Shown piece after piece: positions 25,956-35,246 of a stretch of DNA of 64,000 nucleotides. A program made the translations under genes and the position numbers. The stretch covers positions 96,501 through 160,500 of the forward strand of contig JADFQJ010000001.1 of the NCBI GenBank assembly GCA_022561875.1. The letters run 5' to 3'. The DNA comes from Bacteroidota bacterium. GTDB taxonomy: Bacteria; Bacteroidota; Bacteroidia; Bacteroidales; VadinHA17. Numbering within the stretch: the first letter of the stretch is position 1; each line of letters begins with the position of its first letter. A model generated the notes under the pieces. It did not search any database. It had not been told where the DNA came from and saw nothing but the letters and a program-made list of their open reading frames with translations.

Positions 25956-27728
25956 CTATTCTGATTTAATAAACTTCTTAACCCATACCCGGTTCATATT
26001 TCTGAGGCGAATAAAATAGATGCCTCCCTTCAGTCTGCTTACATCAGTATTAACGACTGTTCCTCCATAAGGAATATTTATCTTATCTGAACAGCTTAAA
26101 GTTCTTCCATCAATACTGATTATCTCAATGGTAAATAACCCGGGTATCTCCGGTTTTATTTCAATATACAGAATCCCGGACACAGGATCAGGGTAAAGTT
26201 TCAATACCTGCTGTTTATCAACCCATTCTTCAGTAATACCGTAACTTACGGGCACCAACTTGATCTGCAATTGATTACTCTGATAATTTATTACGTCGAT
26301 ACTGTCAAGTTTCTTTTCCTCATACCCGTCAGATGTGATACTCAAATTATATTTCCCTTCGGTAAGCAACCTGATAAATTCTCCTGTAATCGAATCAGAG
26401 TACACATGTGAACTGTCCTGATCATGTTCCTCAATCCATATCTTAGCGGGTAATGGTTGTCCGGTAACAGAATCGGTAACTTCACCATGTATTCCATACA
26501 AGGCCTGGGAGATATAATTGAGAAACGACCGGTAGTTATAATTCCAAAGATCATCCAGGTCATTTTCAGGTGTGATATATGAATTATCAATCTCAATAGT
26601 CACTTCCCTGCCCTGAAGAAAATAGGTTACATAATCCTGCCTGCCACCGTTGATCATATACCAGTTACCGCCTAATATAAATCCACTGGAGGCAGGGTTA
26701 GTAAAATAGCCGCCTGGACTAAAAAATTGGGCTGTATCTGCATATTCCTTGCTAACAAGCTGAAACCAGTTATCATCGGGATGGGGAAGATGAAAGGATT
26801 GTTCATTCTCATCATAAGTTTGCCAGGTATCCCAGGGATAATTCACCACTTCAGCTCCCGAGTGGAAATTTGCCGAGATCACAAAATGGTGTTTTGCCAT
26901 AAACTCCATCATGGAAGTTGTTTCCGGCTCATATTCACGTCCATCCGGATGCGGACCATCTTCCGGATCCGGAAAGTTCCGGTTCAGGTCTGCTGAATTT
27001 GCATTCCGGCGGGTAGCGCCGGAAACGGTATGGTTACCACCGGCATATGTGCCATCAGGATTTGCCAGGGGATTGATCCATATCTGAAGATTATTAACTA
27101 AAAACGCACCATTTTTACTGCTGGAATAATTTTCAAGCAGATAATCTATCAATCTGAGCATCAGGACATATCCTCCTGTTTCGTTACCGTGCATTGTTGA
27201 TGTAAGTAATACTTCAGGTTCATTTTCGGGTTCGGTAACGTTATCTGATATTTTCACCACTAACAAAAGTCTGCCCCCGACGCTATATCCGATTGTATCG
27301 ATCATGCAGATATCGGGGTATTTTGAAGCAAAATCGTGCATTATCGAATCATACTCTTCATAAGTGGGATAGGTTTGCCAATCCTCAACAACACCTTTAT
27401 AATCCCCCGGTGCATAATGATATACAGCAGGAGGAATTACAATATATTCTTTTCCAAGCTCAAGGAATTTGATAAACTCATCCGCACTGGCATTGCATGT
27501 GACGACATTGCCATCGACATGAACAACAGAGAGGATCTTAGATAATTTGTTAATTAATTGCCGATCATTGCAGATTAACTTCAGATCAACCTCTCCCCTT
27601 TCTTTAAGGTATTTTGCAGCTTCTGTAGCATAATTGTCCGGTTGTCCATAAACCGGATACATAACATGTAAAGTAATTATTACTAGACTAAAAATATGTT
27701 TAAGGATACTTTTCACAGCCTCAGACAT
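25956..27728 (-). CDS. M14 zinc carboxypeptidase with T9SS type A C-terminal sorting domain
   Basis: HGNE, NPDG, RRNAN..DLNRNF, NFHSG and carboxypeptidase regulatory-like domain; CTD LYPDP...GIYFIRL...KKFIK. Likely start is ATG 27728, since the ORF-track start overlaps ychF. Confidence 0.9.
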   Translation of the reverse strand: MSEAVKSILKHIFSLVIITLHVMYPVYGQPDNYATEAAKYLKERGEVDLKLICNDRQLINKLSKILSVVHVDGNVVTCNASADEFIKFLELGKEYIVIPPAVYHYAPGDYKGVVEDWQTYPTYEEYDSIMHDFASKYPDICMIDTIGYSVGGRLLLVVKISDNVTEPENEPEVLLTSTMHGNETGGYVLMLRLIDYLLENYSSSKNGAFLVNNLQIWINPLANPDGTYAGGNHTVSGATRRNANSADLNRNFPDPEDGPHPDGREYEPETTSMMEFMAKHHFVISANFHSGAEVVNYPWDTWQTYDENEQSFHLPHPDDNWFQLVSKEYADTAQFFSPGGYFTNPASSGFILGGNWYMINGGRQDYVTYFLQGREVTIEIDNSYITPENDLDDLWNYNYRSFLNYISQALYGIHGEVTDSVTGQPLPAKIWIEEHDQDSSHVYSDSITGEFIRLLTEGKYNLSITSDGYEEKKLDSIDVINYQSNQLQIKLVPVSYGITEEWVDKQQVLKLYPDPVSGILYIEIKPEIPGLFTIEIISIDGRTLSCSDKINIPYGGTVVNTDVSRLKGGIYFIRLRNMNRVWVKKFIKSE

Positions 27729-28818
27729 TAAATCGAATACGCAAAATATCACCGTCTTCAACGGTATAGTTTTTACCTTCAATATATAATTTCCCTGCTT
27801 CACGGCATTTATGTTCAGAGCCCAGTGACACAAAATCGTTATATTTCATCACCTCAGCCCGTATAAATCCCCTTTCCATATCGCTATGGACAATGCCTGC
27901 AGCTTTCCGGGCATTAGTATCCTCTTTTATTGTCCAGGCTCTGATTTCCTTAGTTCCCATCGTAAAAAAAGTTCTTAATTTAAGCAGTTTGTATGCTGAC
28001 CTTACGAATTTATTCACACCGGGTTCAGAAAGGCCGACATCTTTTAAAAAATCATTTCTGTCACATTCATCCTCTAATTCTGCAATTTCGGCTTCCAGGC
28101 CTGCAGCAATAATAAGTAATTCAGTTTCCTCGTCTTTCAGCGCTTCCTTCACCATATCCACATATCGGTTCCCGGAAACTGCCGATTTTTCATCCACATT
28201 ACACACGTACATTACCGGTTTTGCAGTAAGTAAAAATAAATCCTCAACATATTTTTTTTCTTCATCACCTAATTTCAATGACCGTACCCGCTGAAAATTC
28301 TCCAGGTGATTTTCAATCATACGCAGAACTTCGGCATTCTTTCCAGCATTTTTATCGCCTGATTTTTCTACTTTCTCAATTTTTTCCAGCTTCTTTCCGA
28401 CAGATTCAAGATCCTTTATCTGAAGTTCGAGTTCTATTGTTTCAATATCTCTGACAGGATCAACAGATCCTTCGATATGAGGCAGGTTTTCATCATCGAA
28501 ACATCTGAGCAGATGGATCAGCGCATCGGCATTGCGAATATCATTCAGGAATTTGTTCCCAACGCCTTCACCCCTGCTTGAACCCTTTGTAAGACCAGGT
28601 ATATCTACGATCTCAACTGTTGTTGGAACAACCTTTTCCGTTGTTTGCAACTTTTCAAGTTCCTGAAGCCTTTGGTCAGGCACTTTAATAATCCCAATAT
28701 TTGACTTTATTGCACTGAATGCAAAATTTGTTGTTTCCCCTTTTACAGGTGAAATGCAATTGAACAAGGTTGTTTTTCCTGTATTTGTGACCCCGATTAT
28801 TCCACAGTTCAATGCCAT
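27721..28818 (-). CDS. ychF: Redox-regulated ATPase YchF
   Basis: GVTNTGKTT, VDIPGL, GEGVGNKFL, HSDMERGFIRAE and TGS tail VEDGDILRIRFNV. Confidence 0.93.
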   Translation of the reverse strand: MALNCGIIGVTNTGKTTLFNCISPVKGETTNFAFSAIKSNIGIIKVPDQRLQELEKLQTTEKVVPTTVEIVDIPGLTKGSSRGEGVGNKFLNDIRNADALIHLLRCFDDENLPHIEGSVDPVRDIETIELELQIKDLESVGKKLEKIEKVEKSGDKNAGKNAEVLRMIENHLENFQRVRSLKLGDEEKKYVEDLFLLTAKPVMYVCNVDEKSAVSGNRYVDMVKEALKDEETELLIIAAGLEAEIAELEDECDRNDFLKDVGLSEPGVNKFVRSAYKLLKLRTFFTMGTKEIRAWTIKEDTNARKAAGIVHSDMERGFIRAEVMKYNDFVSLGSEHKCREAGKLYIEGKNYTVEDGDILRIRFNV

Positions 28819-28869
28819 ATTTCTTTCCTTTATTCAGTCACAAAATAACATTTTAAACCGTTACAAAAA

Positions 28870-29247
28870 AAAGCATGGAGTAATTTAGAAAACTTCAGGG
28901 GCGATTCGAAGCTGTTTACATGGCTGTTCAGGATAGCGACTAATGAAGCCCTCAGCCACCTGAAACGGTCGAGAAGAAAAACCTGGATTCCTTTCATCGA
29001 TTTAGAGAAAAAAATGGAAAACACCCTGGAAGGGGATAACTATTTCGATGGTGATGAAACTCAGCTAAAGTTTCAAAAAGCCATATTAAAACTCCCGGAA
29101 AAGCAACGGCTTGTTTTCAATATGAAATATTTTGATGAAATGAAGTATGATGGAATTGCTGAGATACTTGGTACTTCAGTTGGAGCCCTGAAGGCTTCGT
29201 ATCATCATGCAGTAAAAAAGATCAAAAAAATTTTAGTTAATGATTAA
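28870..29247 (+). pseudogene. ECF sigma-70 factor, 5'-truncated
   Basis: The frame upstream of ORF 29014 reads KAWSNLENFRGDSKLFTWLFRIATNEALSHL (region 2), followed by region 4 LPEKQRLVF...SVGALKASYHHA. In-frame stop at 28846 with no start codon before region 2, so region 2.1 is absent. Confidence 0.8.
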
Positions 29248-29296
29248 TCTTTTTTAACTTTTTAGTGTCAAATAATTGCAGGAAGGATCAATAAAT

Positions 29297-29659
29297 ATGA
29301 AAAACACATCCGAACAAAAGTTCTCTTGGCTGAAAAAGGAAAATCCTTTCAGGGTTCCGGATAATTATTTCGACAAGCTACCGGAAAAGATACAGGTTAA
29401 CATTCATGCACGCGAAAAAGCAGCCAGTAAGCCTGTAACCCGGATTGTTAACTACGTAAAGCCTCACCTGGCACTTGCTGCTGTTATTCTTGGCTTTGCC
29501 CTGATAGGATATACCGGGTTCAGATACTTTATCAACAGGAATTCGGAATCGCAAATCAATTATAAAACATATATATATGAAAGCTTCAAAGAATTGGCTG
29601 TTTTATTGCCTTATTTTATTTTTCCTGGGACCCCGGACGGTTTTTTCACAGGATTATAA
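29297..29659 (+). pseudogene. Putative anti-sigma membrane protein, C-terminus apparently deleted
   Basis: ENPFRVPDNYFDKL plus one TM helix, typical of the gene after this sigma factor. After about 29557 the frame reads the next gene's AT-rich leader and overlaps that gene by 83 nt. Confidence 0.55.
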
Positions 29660-30047
29660 AAAAATTCAGGAACTCCAGGCACAAAAGGTAGGTTTTTTTA
29701 CTAATAAACTACAATTAACAACTAAGGAAGCCCAGGAATTCTGGCCTGTATATAATGATTACCAGGCACGTAAAAATAAAATCATTCAGGACAGAAGAAG
29801 CACAACCCGTTATTACATGCAGAATTTCAACAATTTATCTGAGAAGGAAATTGAAGAGATAACCGGAAAGTACATTCGTCTTATGAAAGAGGAGTCTGAC
29901 CTGTTACAAACATACCATGAGAAATTCAAAGAGGTTCTGCCTATCAGGAAGGTAATGAGGATTTATGTTGCTGAAGAACAATATAAAGCTTTTCTTCTCC
30001 GTCAGCTCAGGAACAGGCGTATAAATCAAGGTAAACAAAATTTTTAG
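29577..30047 (+). CDS. Secreted helical protein associated with the ECF sigma locus
   Basis: Signal peptide; KVGFFTNKLQLTTKEAQEFWPVYN motif. Confidence 0.75.
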   Translation: MKASKNWLFYCLILFFLGPRTVFSQDYKKIQELQAQKVGFFTNKLQLTTKEAQEFWPVYNDYQARKNKIIQDRRSTTRYYMQNFNNLSEKEIEEITGKYIRLMKEESDLLQTYHEKFKEVLPIRKVMRIYVAEEQYKAFLLRQLRNRRINQGKQNF

Positions 30048-30085
30048 AGAAATCCGTTACATTTCATTTTTTCACAATGCTGGTT

Positions 30086-30111
30086 TCAAGTCAAAAGTAA
30101 AAAGGCAAAAG
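30086..30111 (+). repeat. Heptamer-built intergenic repeat, copy D
   Basis: TCAAGTCAAAAGTAAAAAGGCAAAAG, identical to 15748-15773. Confidence 0.75.
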
Positions 30112-30349
30112 TATAATATACTGATAATACGTCCAATATACAATGATTTTCCGTCTGTTTATCGTTGATACGACACTATTGTACTTTATCAGAATATTCA
30201 TCAAATCATAATATATCTATTTTTTAGTTATTAATATGTGTTTTTGTTTAGGAAATTGGCTCAAAACAAATGAAATTCATGCAATTTAGAGGTGCCAATA
30301 TTTTCGTTTTCATGTTTTTCTAATGATATAAGAATATCGATAAGTTTTG

Positions 30350-31873
30350 TTAATCCAGATCCCCAACAATTTTTTCTACCTCTTGAAGTATTTCACACGA
30401 TTTAACAAGCTCTTTCATCCTTGTATGGTCAGGGTATAAAGGTCTGTCAATATCAAGAAAATCAACATATTTTCTAATCACCTCTTTTGCCTTTTTTACT
30501 CCTTTTCCAAATTTATACTCTCGAAAATCCAGGGCTTGTGCAGCAGCCATCAATTCAATTCCAAGTATTCCGTATGCATTGTCAAGTATTTGTGAGTTTT
30601 TAATTGCGGTATTCATTCCCATTGAAACAAAATCTTCCTGGTCGGCCGCTGCGGGAATAGACTGTATGGATGCAGGGGATGATAATATTTTTTGTTCCAC
30701 TATTTGCATAGCAGCGGTATACTGACTTAGCATCAATCCGGAAAACATACCCGCTCCTTTAGTAAGGAAAGCCGGCAATCCAACGCTAAGAGCGGGGTTA
30801 TTCAATCTGTTCATTCTTCTCTCAGACATCACACAAATCATGGTAATAGCTATCCCGGCCATATCCATAGGTAACGATACAGGTGTACCCTGAAAGTTGG
30901 CTCCGGTAAGTTGCATGTCTTCTTCAGGAAAGAACACAGGGTTATCACCCACGCCATTAAGTTCAATTTCAACCTGTGAACGGGCATATGCCAGTGCATC
31001 ATGAGCAGCGCCGATTACCTGGGGAGTTGATCTCATGGAATAAGCATCCTGTACTTTACACTTTATATTTCCATTAATCAGGTCGCCATCTTTAATAAGT
31101 TTCTGAATTGCTCTGGCACTTCGGACAGCACCTTTAAAACCTCTTGCTTCGTGCAGCTTCGGGGTATATGGCTTCATATTGGCTTTAAGCGCTTCCAATG
31201 ACATAGCAGCTGCTATCTCAGCCTGTTTAAGCAAGTTACTGGCATCATAAATAAACAAAGCACTCATTGCAGTCAATAAGTTTGACCCGTTTATGGTGGC
31301 TAAACCATCTCTTGCTTCCAATCCGGGTATTGCAATTCCCGCCTTATCCATGGCTTTTTTCCCTTCCATCAACTCACCCTTGTAGTATGCTTCTCCTTCA
31401 CCGAGTAATAACAAGGCGATTTGTGCCATCGGAGCCAGATCACCGGATGCTCCAACAGAACCCTTTTGACAAACAAAAGGAGTAACACCTTTATTGAGCA
31501 TTTCAACGAGTGTTTCTGTGATTTCGGACCGGCAGGCTGATCTGCCATTAGCGTGAACGTTTATTCTGCCTAACATTGCTCCTCTGACATATTCAACAGG
31601 CGCCGGATCCCCTATGCCGGCAGCATGATTATAGATCAGGTATTTCTGAAACTGTTTAATCTGATTGTCATCAAGAACAACTTCTGAAAACTCTCCTATT
31701 CCGGTATTTACTCCATACATGATCTCTTGTGCCTTAATTTTCCTTTCAAGCATCGCCCGGCAGTTTTTAATCCTTTCTTTTGCACTGTGATGCAATTCAA
31801 CTTTTTCATTATTGCGCGCAACGTTTACAAGTTTTTCAATTGTCAGGTTTTTTCCTGTTATAACTAATGACAT
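30350..31873 (-). CDS. hutH: Histidine (aromatic amino acid) ammonia-lyase
   Basis: YGVNTGIG, MIO-forming GSVGASGDLAP, QDAYSMR, DNP and QEDFVSMG; His retained in YNHAAG. Confidence 0.85.
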   Translation of the reverse strand: MSLVITGKNLTIEKLVNVARNNEKVELHHSAKERIKNCRAMLERKIKAQEIMYGVNTGIGEFSEVVLDDNQIKQFQKYLIYNHAAGIGDPAPVEYVRGAMLGRINVHANGRSACRSEITETLVEMLNKGVTPFVCQKGSVGASGDLAPMAQIALLLLGEGEAYYKGELMEGKKAMDKAGIAIPGLEARDGLATINGSNLLTAMSALFIYDASNLLKQAEIAAAMSLEALKANMKPYTPKLHEARGFKGAVRSARAIQKLIKDGDLINGNIKCKVQDAYSMRSTPQVIGAAHDALAYARSQVEIELNGVGDNPVFFPEEDMQLTGANFQGTPVSLPMDMAGIAITMICVMSERRMNRLNNPALSVGLPAFLTKGAGMFSGLMLSQYTAAMQIVEQKILSSPASIQSIPAAADQEDFVSMGMNTAIKNSQILDNAYGILGIELMAAAQALDFREYKFGKGVKKAKEVIRKYVDFLDIDRPLYPDHTRMKELVKSCEILQEVEKIVGDLD

Positions 31874-32062
31874 AACTAAATTTTTAAATAAAAATTACCG
31901 GATAAAAGTAGCTATTAATTAAATATTGTAATAAATATACTATCTGTTGGAAAGCATACTCATTATCAAAATCATTCAACAGACATAAAACAAGCTTTAA
32001 CGGTGAAGTAAAGTCTTGGTGAAAATTGTAAAATTCCTCGTTTCAGAATTGATGCAGAACAG

Positions 32063-33430
32063 TTATAATAGTTTTTCAATTAACTCATCAAGTGTAATTT
32101 GCTCCTGACCCCCGGTTTTCATATTTTTCAGAGTAATTACACCGTTTTTTATTTCATCCTCTCCAACCAGGGCAACGTACCCGACATTTTTTTGGTTGGC
32201 ATAATTCATCTGCTTTTTTATTTTTACCTTATCGGGAAACAATTCAGCTCTGATTCCCGATTTACGTATTACATCCAAAAGAGGAAGACAAAATTTTTCT
32301 TCCTTTTCCCCAAAATTTACAAACATAAGGGTTGTTGTTAACATGGTATCTTCAGGGAACTTGCCATTTTTCTCCATCACATCGTAAATACGGTCGGCAC
32401 CAAAACTTACCCCCACACCGGAAACATCATTCAGCCCAAAAATTCCTGTCAGGTCATCATATCTTCCTCCACCACACAAGCTACCCATCTTCATTTCAGT
32501 TGAATTTGCTTCAATAATTACTCCGGTGTAATAGTCCAATCCCCTGGCAAGGGTCAGGTCAAGAATCGGGTCAGCCTCAAGCTCAAGAGGTTCCAGATAA
32601 CTAAACAAACTTTTCATTTCAGACACCCCTTTTCTGCCGATTTTAGAACCGGGAAGAATTTTCTTCTCCAATTCATTGAGTTTTTCCTCTGCTGTACCAG
32701 AAAGGCTAAGTATCGGCTGTAACTCACGGATAGCTCTTTCCGAGACACCCTTAACAGCCAACTCTTCGTTCACTTTATGAACCCCAACCTTATCCAGCTT
32801 ATCAATTGCAATAGTTATTTGAGTAATCTTCTCCGTTTCGCCAATCACTTCGGCTATTCCACCAAGTATTTTCCTGTTATTTATCCTGATCACTATTTTC
32901 ATATTCAGGTTTTTAAATATCTCGTCGATAATCTGGATCTGTTCAACCTCATTTAAGAGAGAATTACTACCAATAACGTCGATATCACACTGAAAAAATT
33001 CCCTGTAGCGTCCTTTCTGTGGTTTGTCTGCTCTCCACACAGGCTGTATCTGATAGCGTTTGAAAGGAAAGGTGATCTCGTTCAAATGTTGAACAACAAA
33101 TCTTGCAAACGGAACTGTAAGATCATATCTGAGTCCTTTATCAGACAAGGAGGCTTTAAGTTTATTTATATCCCTTTTAATAATTTCATCATCAGAAACC
33201 CCTGCAAGGTAATTCCCTGAATTCAGTATCCGGAAAAGCAACCGGTCTCCTTCCTCTCCATATTTACCCGTAAGAGTAGATATTTGCTCCATAGCAGGAG
33301 TCTCAATAGGCATGAATCCGAAACGCAGGAAAACGTTCCGTATGGTATCAAAAATATAGTTTCTTTTAACCATCTCGCCGGGTAAAAAGTCACGTGTCCC
33401 TTTTGGTATTGAAGGTTTATCTTTTGCCAT
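32063..33430 (-). CDS. hisS: Histidine--tRNA ligase
   Basis: [33 protein letters not shown] and GGGRYD. Confidence 0.97.
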   Translation of the reverse strand: MAKDKPSIPKGTRDFLPGEMVKRNYIFDTIRNVFLRFGFMPIETPAMEQISTLTGKYGEEGDRLLFRILNSGNYLAGVSDDEIIKRDINKLKASLSDKGLRYDLTVPFARFVVQHLNEITFPFKRYQIQPVWRADKPQKGRYREFFQCDIDVIGSNSLLNEVEQIQIIDEIFKNLNMKIVIRINNRKILGGIAEVIGETEKITQITIAIDKLDKVGVHKVNEELAVKGVSERAIRELQPILSLSGTAEEKLNELEKKILPGSKIGRKGVSEMKSLFSYLEPLELEADPILDLTLARGLDYYTGVIIEANSTEMKMGSLCGGGRYDDLTGIFGLNDVSGVGVSFGADRIYDVMEKNGKFPEDTMLTTTLMFVNFGEKEEKFCLPLLDVIRKSGIRAELFPDKVKIKKQMNYANQKNVGYVALVGEDEIKNGVITLKNMKTGGQEQITLDELIEKLL

Positions 33431-33483
33431 CAGGTTTATTTTTTATAGTATACAAAAACAGAAGTATTTCAAAAAAACGTACA

Positions 33484-34335
33484 TCAGAACCTGCATAATC
33501 GTTTAAAATCTCTGGGAAGCAGGCCATCAGGTCTTTTTGAATTAATTGTATGGTAGTTGTAAAAATACATCCGGGCATCATCAGCACCAAAAAGCATTTT
33601 GTAACAACGGCCCTCATTTTCTGATACTCCCGGCCCCACCTTGTGCAGTACCACAATATTTTCAGTCTTTTCTTTTATAACCTGCTCGATTTCATTCCCG
33701 GATACAATTTTCACTTTATAAGGATAATAATCTGCAATTTTTTGCATAGTATTAACTTCCGGGCTAAGGTCGTTTTTCAGCACCAAAATCGTTTTATTCT
33801 CCAACATCGGGATATTTTTATTGTAATATTTCAGCTGCTCAAGTGCTTCAATATCCGGATTTTCGCTGATTTGGGCCACTCGTTTCTGCACAAACCTGAT
33901 TATAAGGGGCAGATAATACCCGTATTCTTCTTCCTCTTCACCAATTATATAGAGCGGTATTGAACAAAACTCAGGCATTCCTGCAATAGCCTTGGTTTTA
34001 GTCCCCAATAACAGATTTAGAAAAACCCATTGTGCATTGGATTTGTCCTTTTCGAAGCTTGTCTGAATAGGAACCAGGAAAGAGTATTGCTCATCCCTTC
34101 TTTTTTCATTAAAATCCTTTGCTGAAACAAATTCAAATTCTGTTATATTCCAAAACTCGTTAACTGCCGTTTTAATATAACTATTAAAAGAGGAAAACAT
34201 GTTGTCTTCAAGTACCACCAGGGTTTTTGTATTCATTAGTTTTTCGGCATCACGGGCAGTTGGAAAAGCAGACTGGGTATTTGCATTATATACAATAATT
34301 AATGTAAAGCAAAAACCAAATATCAGTGTTCTCAT
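33484..34335 (-). CDS. Hypothetical secreted protein
   Basis: 283-aa ORF with signal peptide, co-oriented with its neighbours; no family recognised. Confidence 0.75.
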   Translation of the reverse strand: MRTLIFGFCFTLIIVYNANTQSAFPTARDAEKLMNTKTLVVLEDNMFSSFNSYIKTAVNEFWNITEFEFVSAKDFNEKRRDEQYSFLVPIQTSFEKDKSNAQWVFLNLLLGTKTKAIAGMPEFCSIPLYIIGEEEEEYGYYLPLIIRFVQKRVAQISENPDIEALEQLKYYNKNIPMLENKTILVLKNDLSPEVNTMQKIADYYPYKVKIVSGNEIEQVIKEKTENIVVLHKVGPGVSENEGRCYKMLFGADDARMYFYNYHTINSKRPDGLLPRDFKRLCRF

Positions 34336-34414
34336 TGCATATAGGGATTTATAGGTTAATAATATCAGTGAATAAATTTCTTATTTTATTTAAATATATT
34401 ATCGGATTCTTTTT

Positions 34415-35101
34415 TCATTTAGCTGGTAAATAGAAGGGATTTCTTTCATTAAACTTCCGGATGTACAGGAATTTCAGCTGTTTTCTCTTTCTTCTGCTAA
34501 GTTTCATGTATTCATCATGAAGTTCAGCATCACGCATCAGGGCCAGACCAACATTTTCATAATTATACTCCATTACCTTGCCACTTTCAAAATCGAGCAT
34601 ATACTGGCGAAGCTCAGTTTTGGAATATGTCATCCTGCGGGAAGGATAGTGAAGATAATCATAATAGTAGCTACGGTAGAAATAGGGATCGTAATATCGT
34701 GTTTCATAAGTTTTTACAAAAGCTACAAAATGACAAATACCTCCAACAATGGTAATACGGTGAAAATCATCTTTTAGTTGAATGTAAAGCACCCCATTAC
34801 GCGAATAACCCCAGATATTATCTTTCTTTACCTCTTTTCGCATTACATATTCATCATAATAATAAATAATTTCTTTCTCTAATACTTCCTTGAAGAATTT
34901 ATCATCATTAAAATCAACTGCTGTAAGTATTCTGGCTTTTGGTATTGGATGATTGTTACGAACCTGGTCGAAATTAAAAAAGATACCCTCAATGAATTTA
35001 AAATCGGGATTGAATTCAGCCATGTTCCCGGCATCCTGTCCGTCAAGGACAGATGGAGTAAGCAGAATCAACCCCAGTATATTAATCACATATCTAACCA
35101 T
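34415..35101 (-). CDS. Hypothetical secreted protein (Tyr-rich)
   Basis: 228-aa ORF with signal peptide and upstream promoter box; no family recognised. Confidence 0.75.
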   Translation of the reverse strand: MVRYVINILGLILLTPSVLDGQDAGNMAEFNPDFKFIEGIFFNFDQVRNNHPIPKARILTAVDFNDDKFFKEVLEKEIIYYYDEYVMRKEVKKDNIWGYSRNGVLYIQLKDDFHRITIVGGICHFVAFVKTYETRYYDPYFYRSYYYDYLHYPSRRMTYSKTELRQYMLDFESGKVMEYNYENVGLALMRDAELHDEYMKLSRRKRKQLKFLYIRKFNERNPFYLPAK

Positions 35102-35129
35102 ATCTCTATTTTTCCTATAACTTCAATAA

Positions 35130-35137
35130 CAAATTTA
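35130..35137 (-). promoter_or_regulatory. -7 promoter box
   Basis: TAAATTTG on the minus strand, 28 nt upstream of the ATG at 35101. Confidence 0.45.
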
Positions 35138-35246
35138 GTATTTTTCATCCCCTTTCAAAATCAATTCATTGATACAATTGTGGTATTTATTGTTTTTTTA
35201 GTATTTTTATGTTTAAGAATGAAACCAACAAAACATAATAGAGATA

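Noticed and set aside
27729-27833. N-terminal extension of the M14 peptidase overlapping ychF by 113 nt
   Set aside because: A signal peptide follows ATG 27728, so the extension is an artefact of taking the longest ORF.
7064-30118. CRISPR interpretation of the recurring 26-mer and tandem repeats
   Set aside because: Copies are kilobases apart or directly tandem, with no regular unique spacers and no cas genes.
30285-30296. TTTAGAGGTGCC, reminiscent of an IS/MITE terminal repeat
   Set aside because: Single short copy with no partner end and no transposase remnant.
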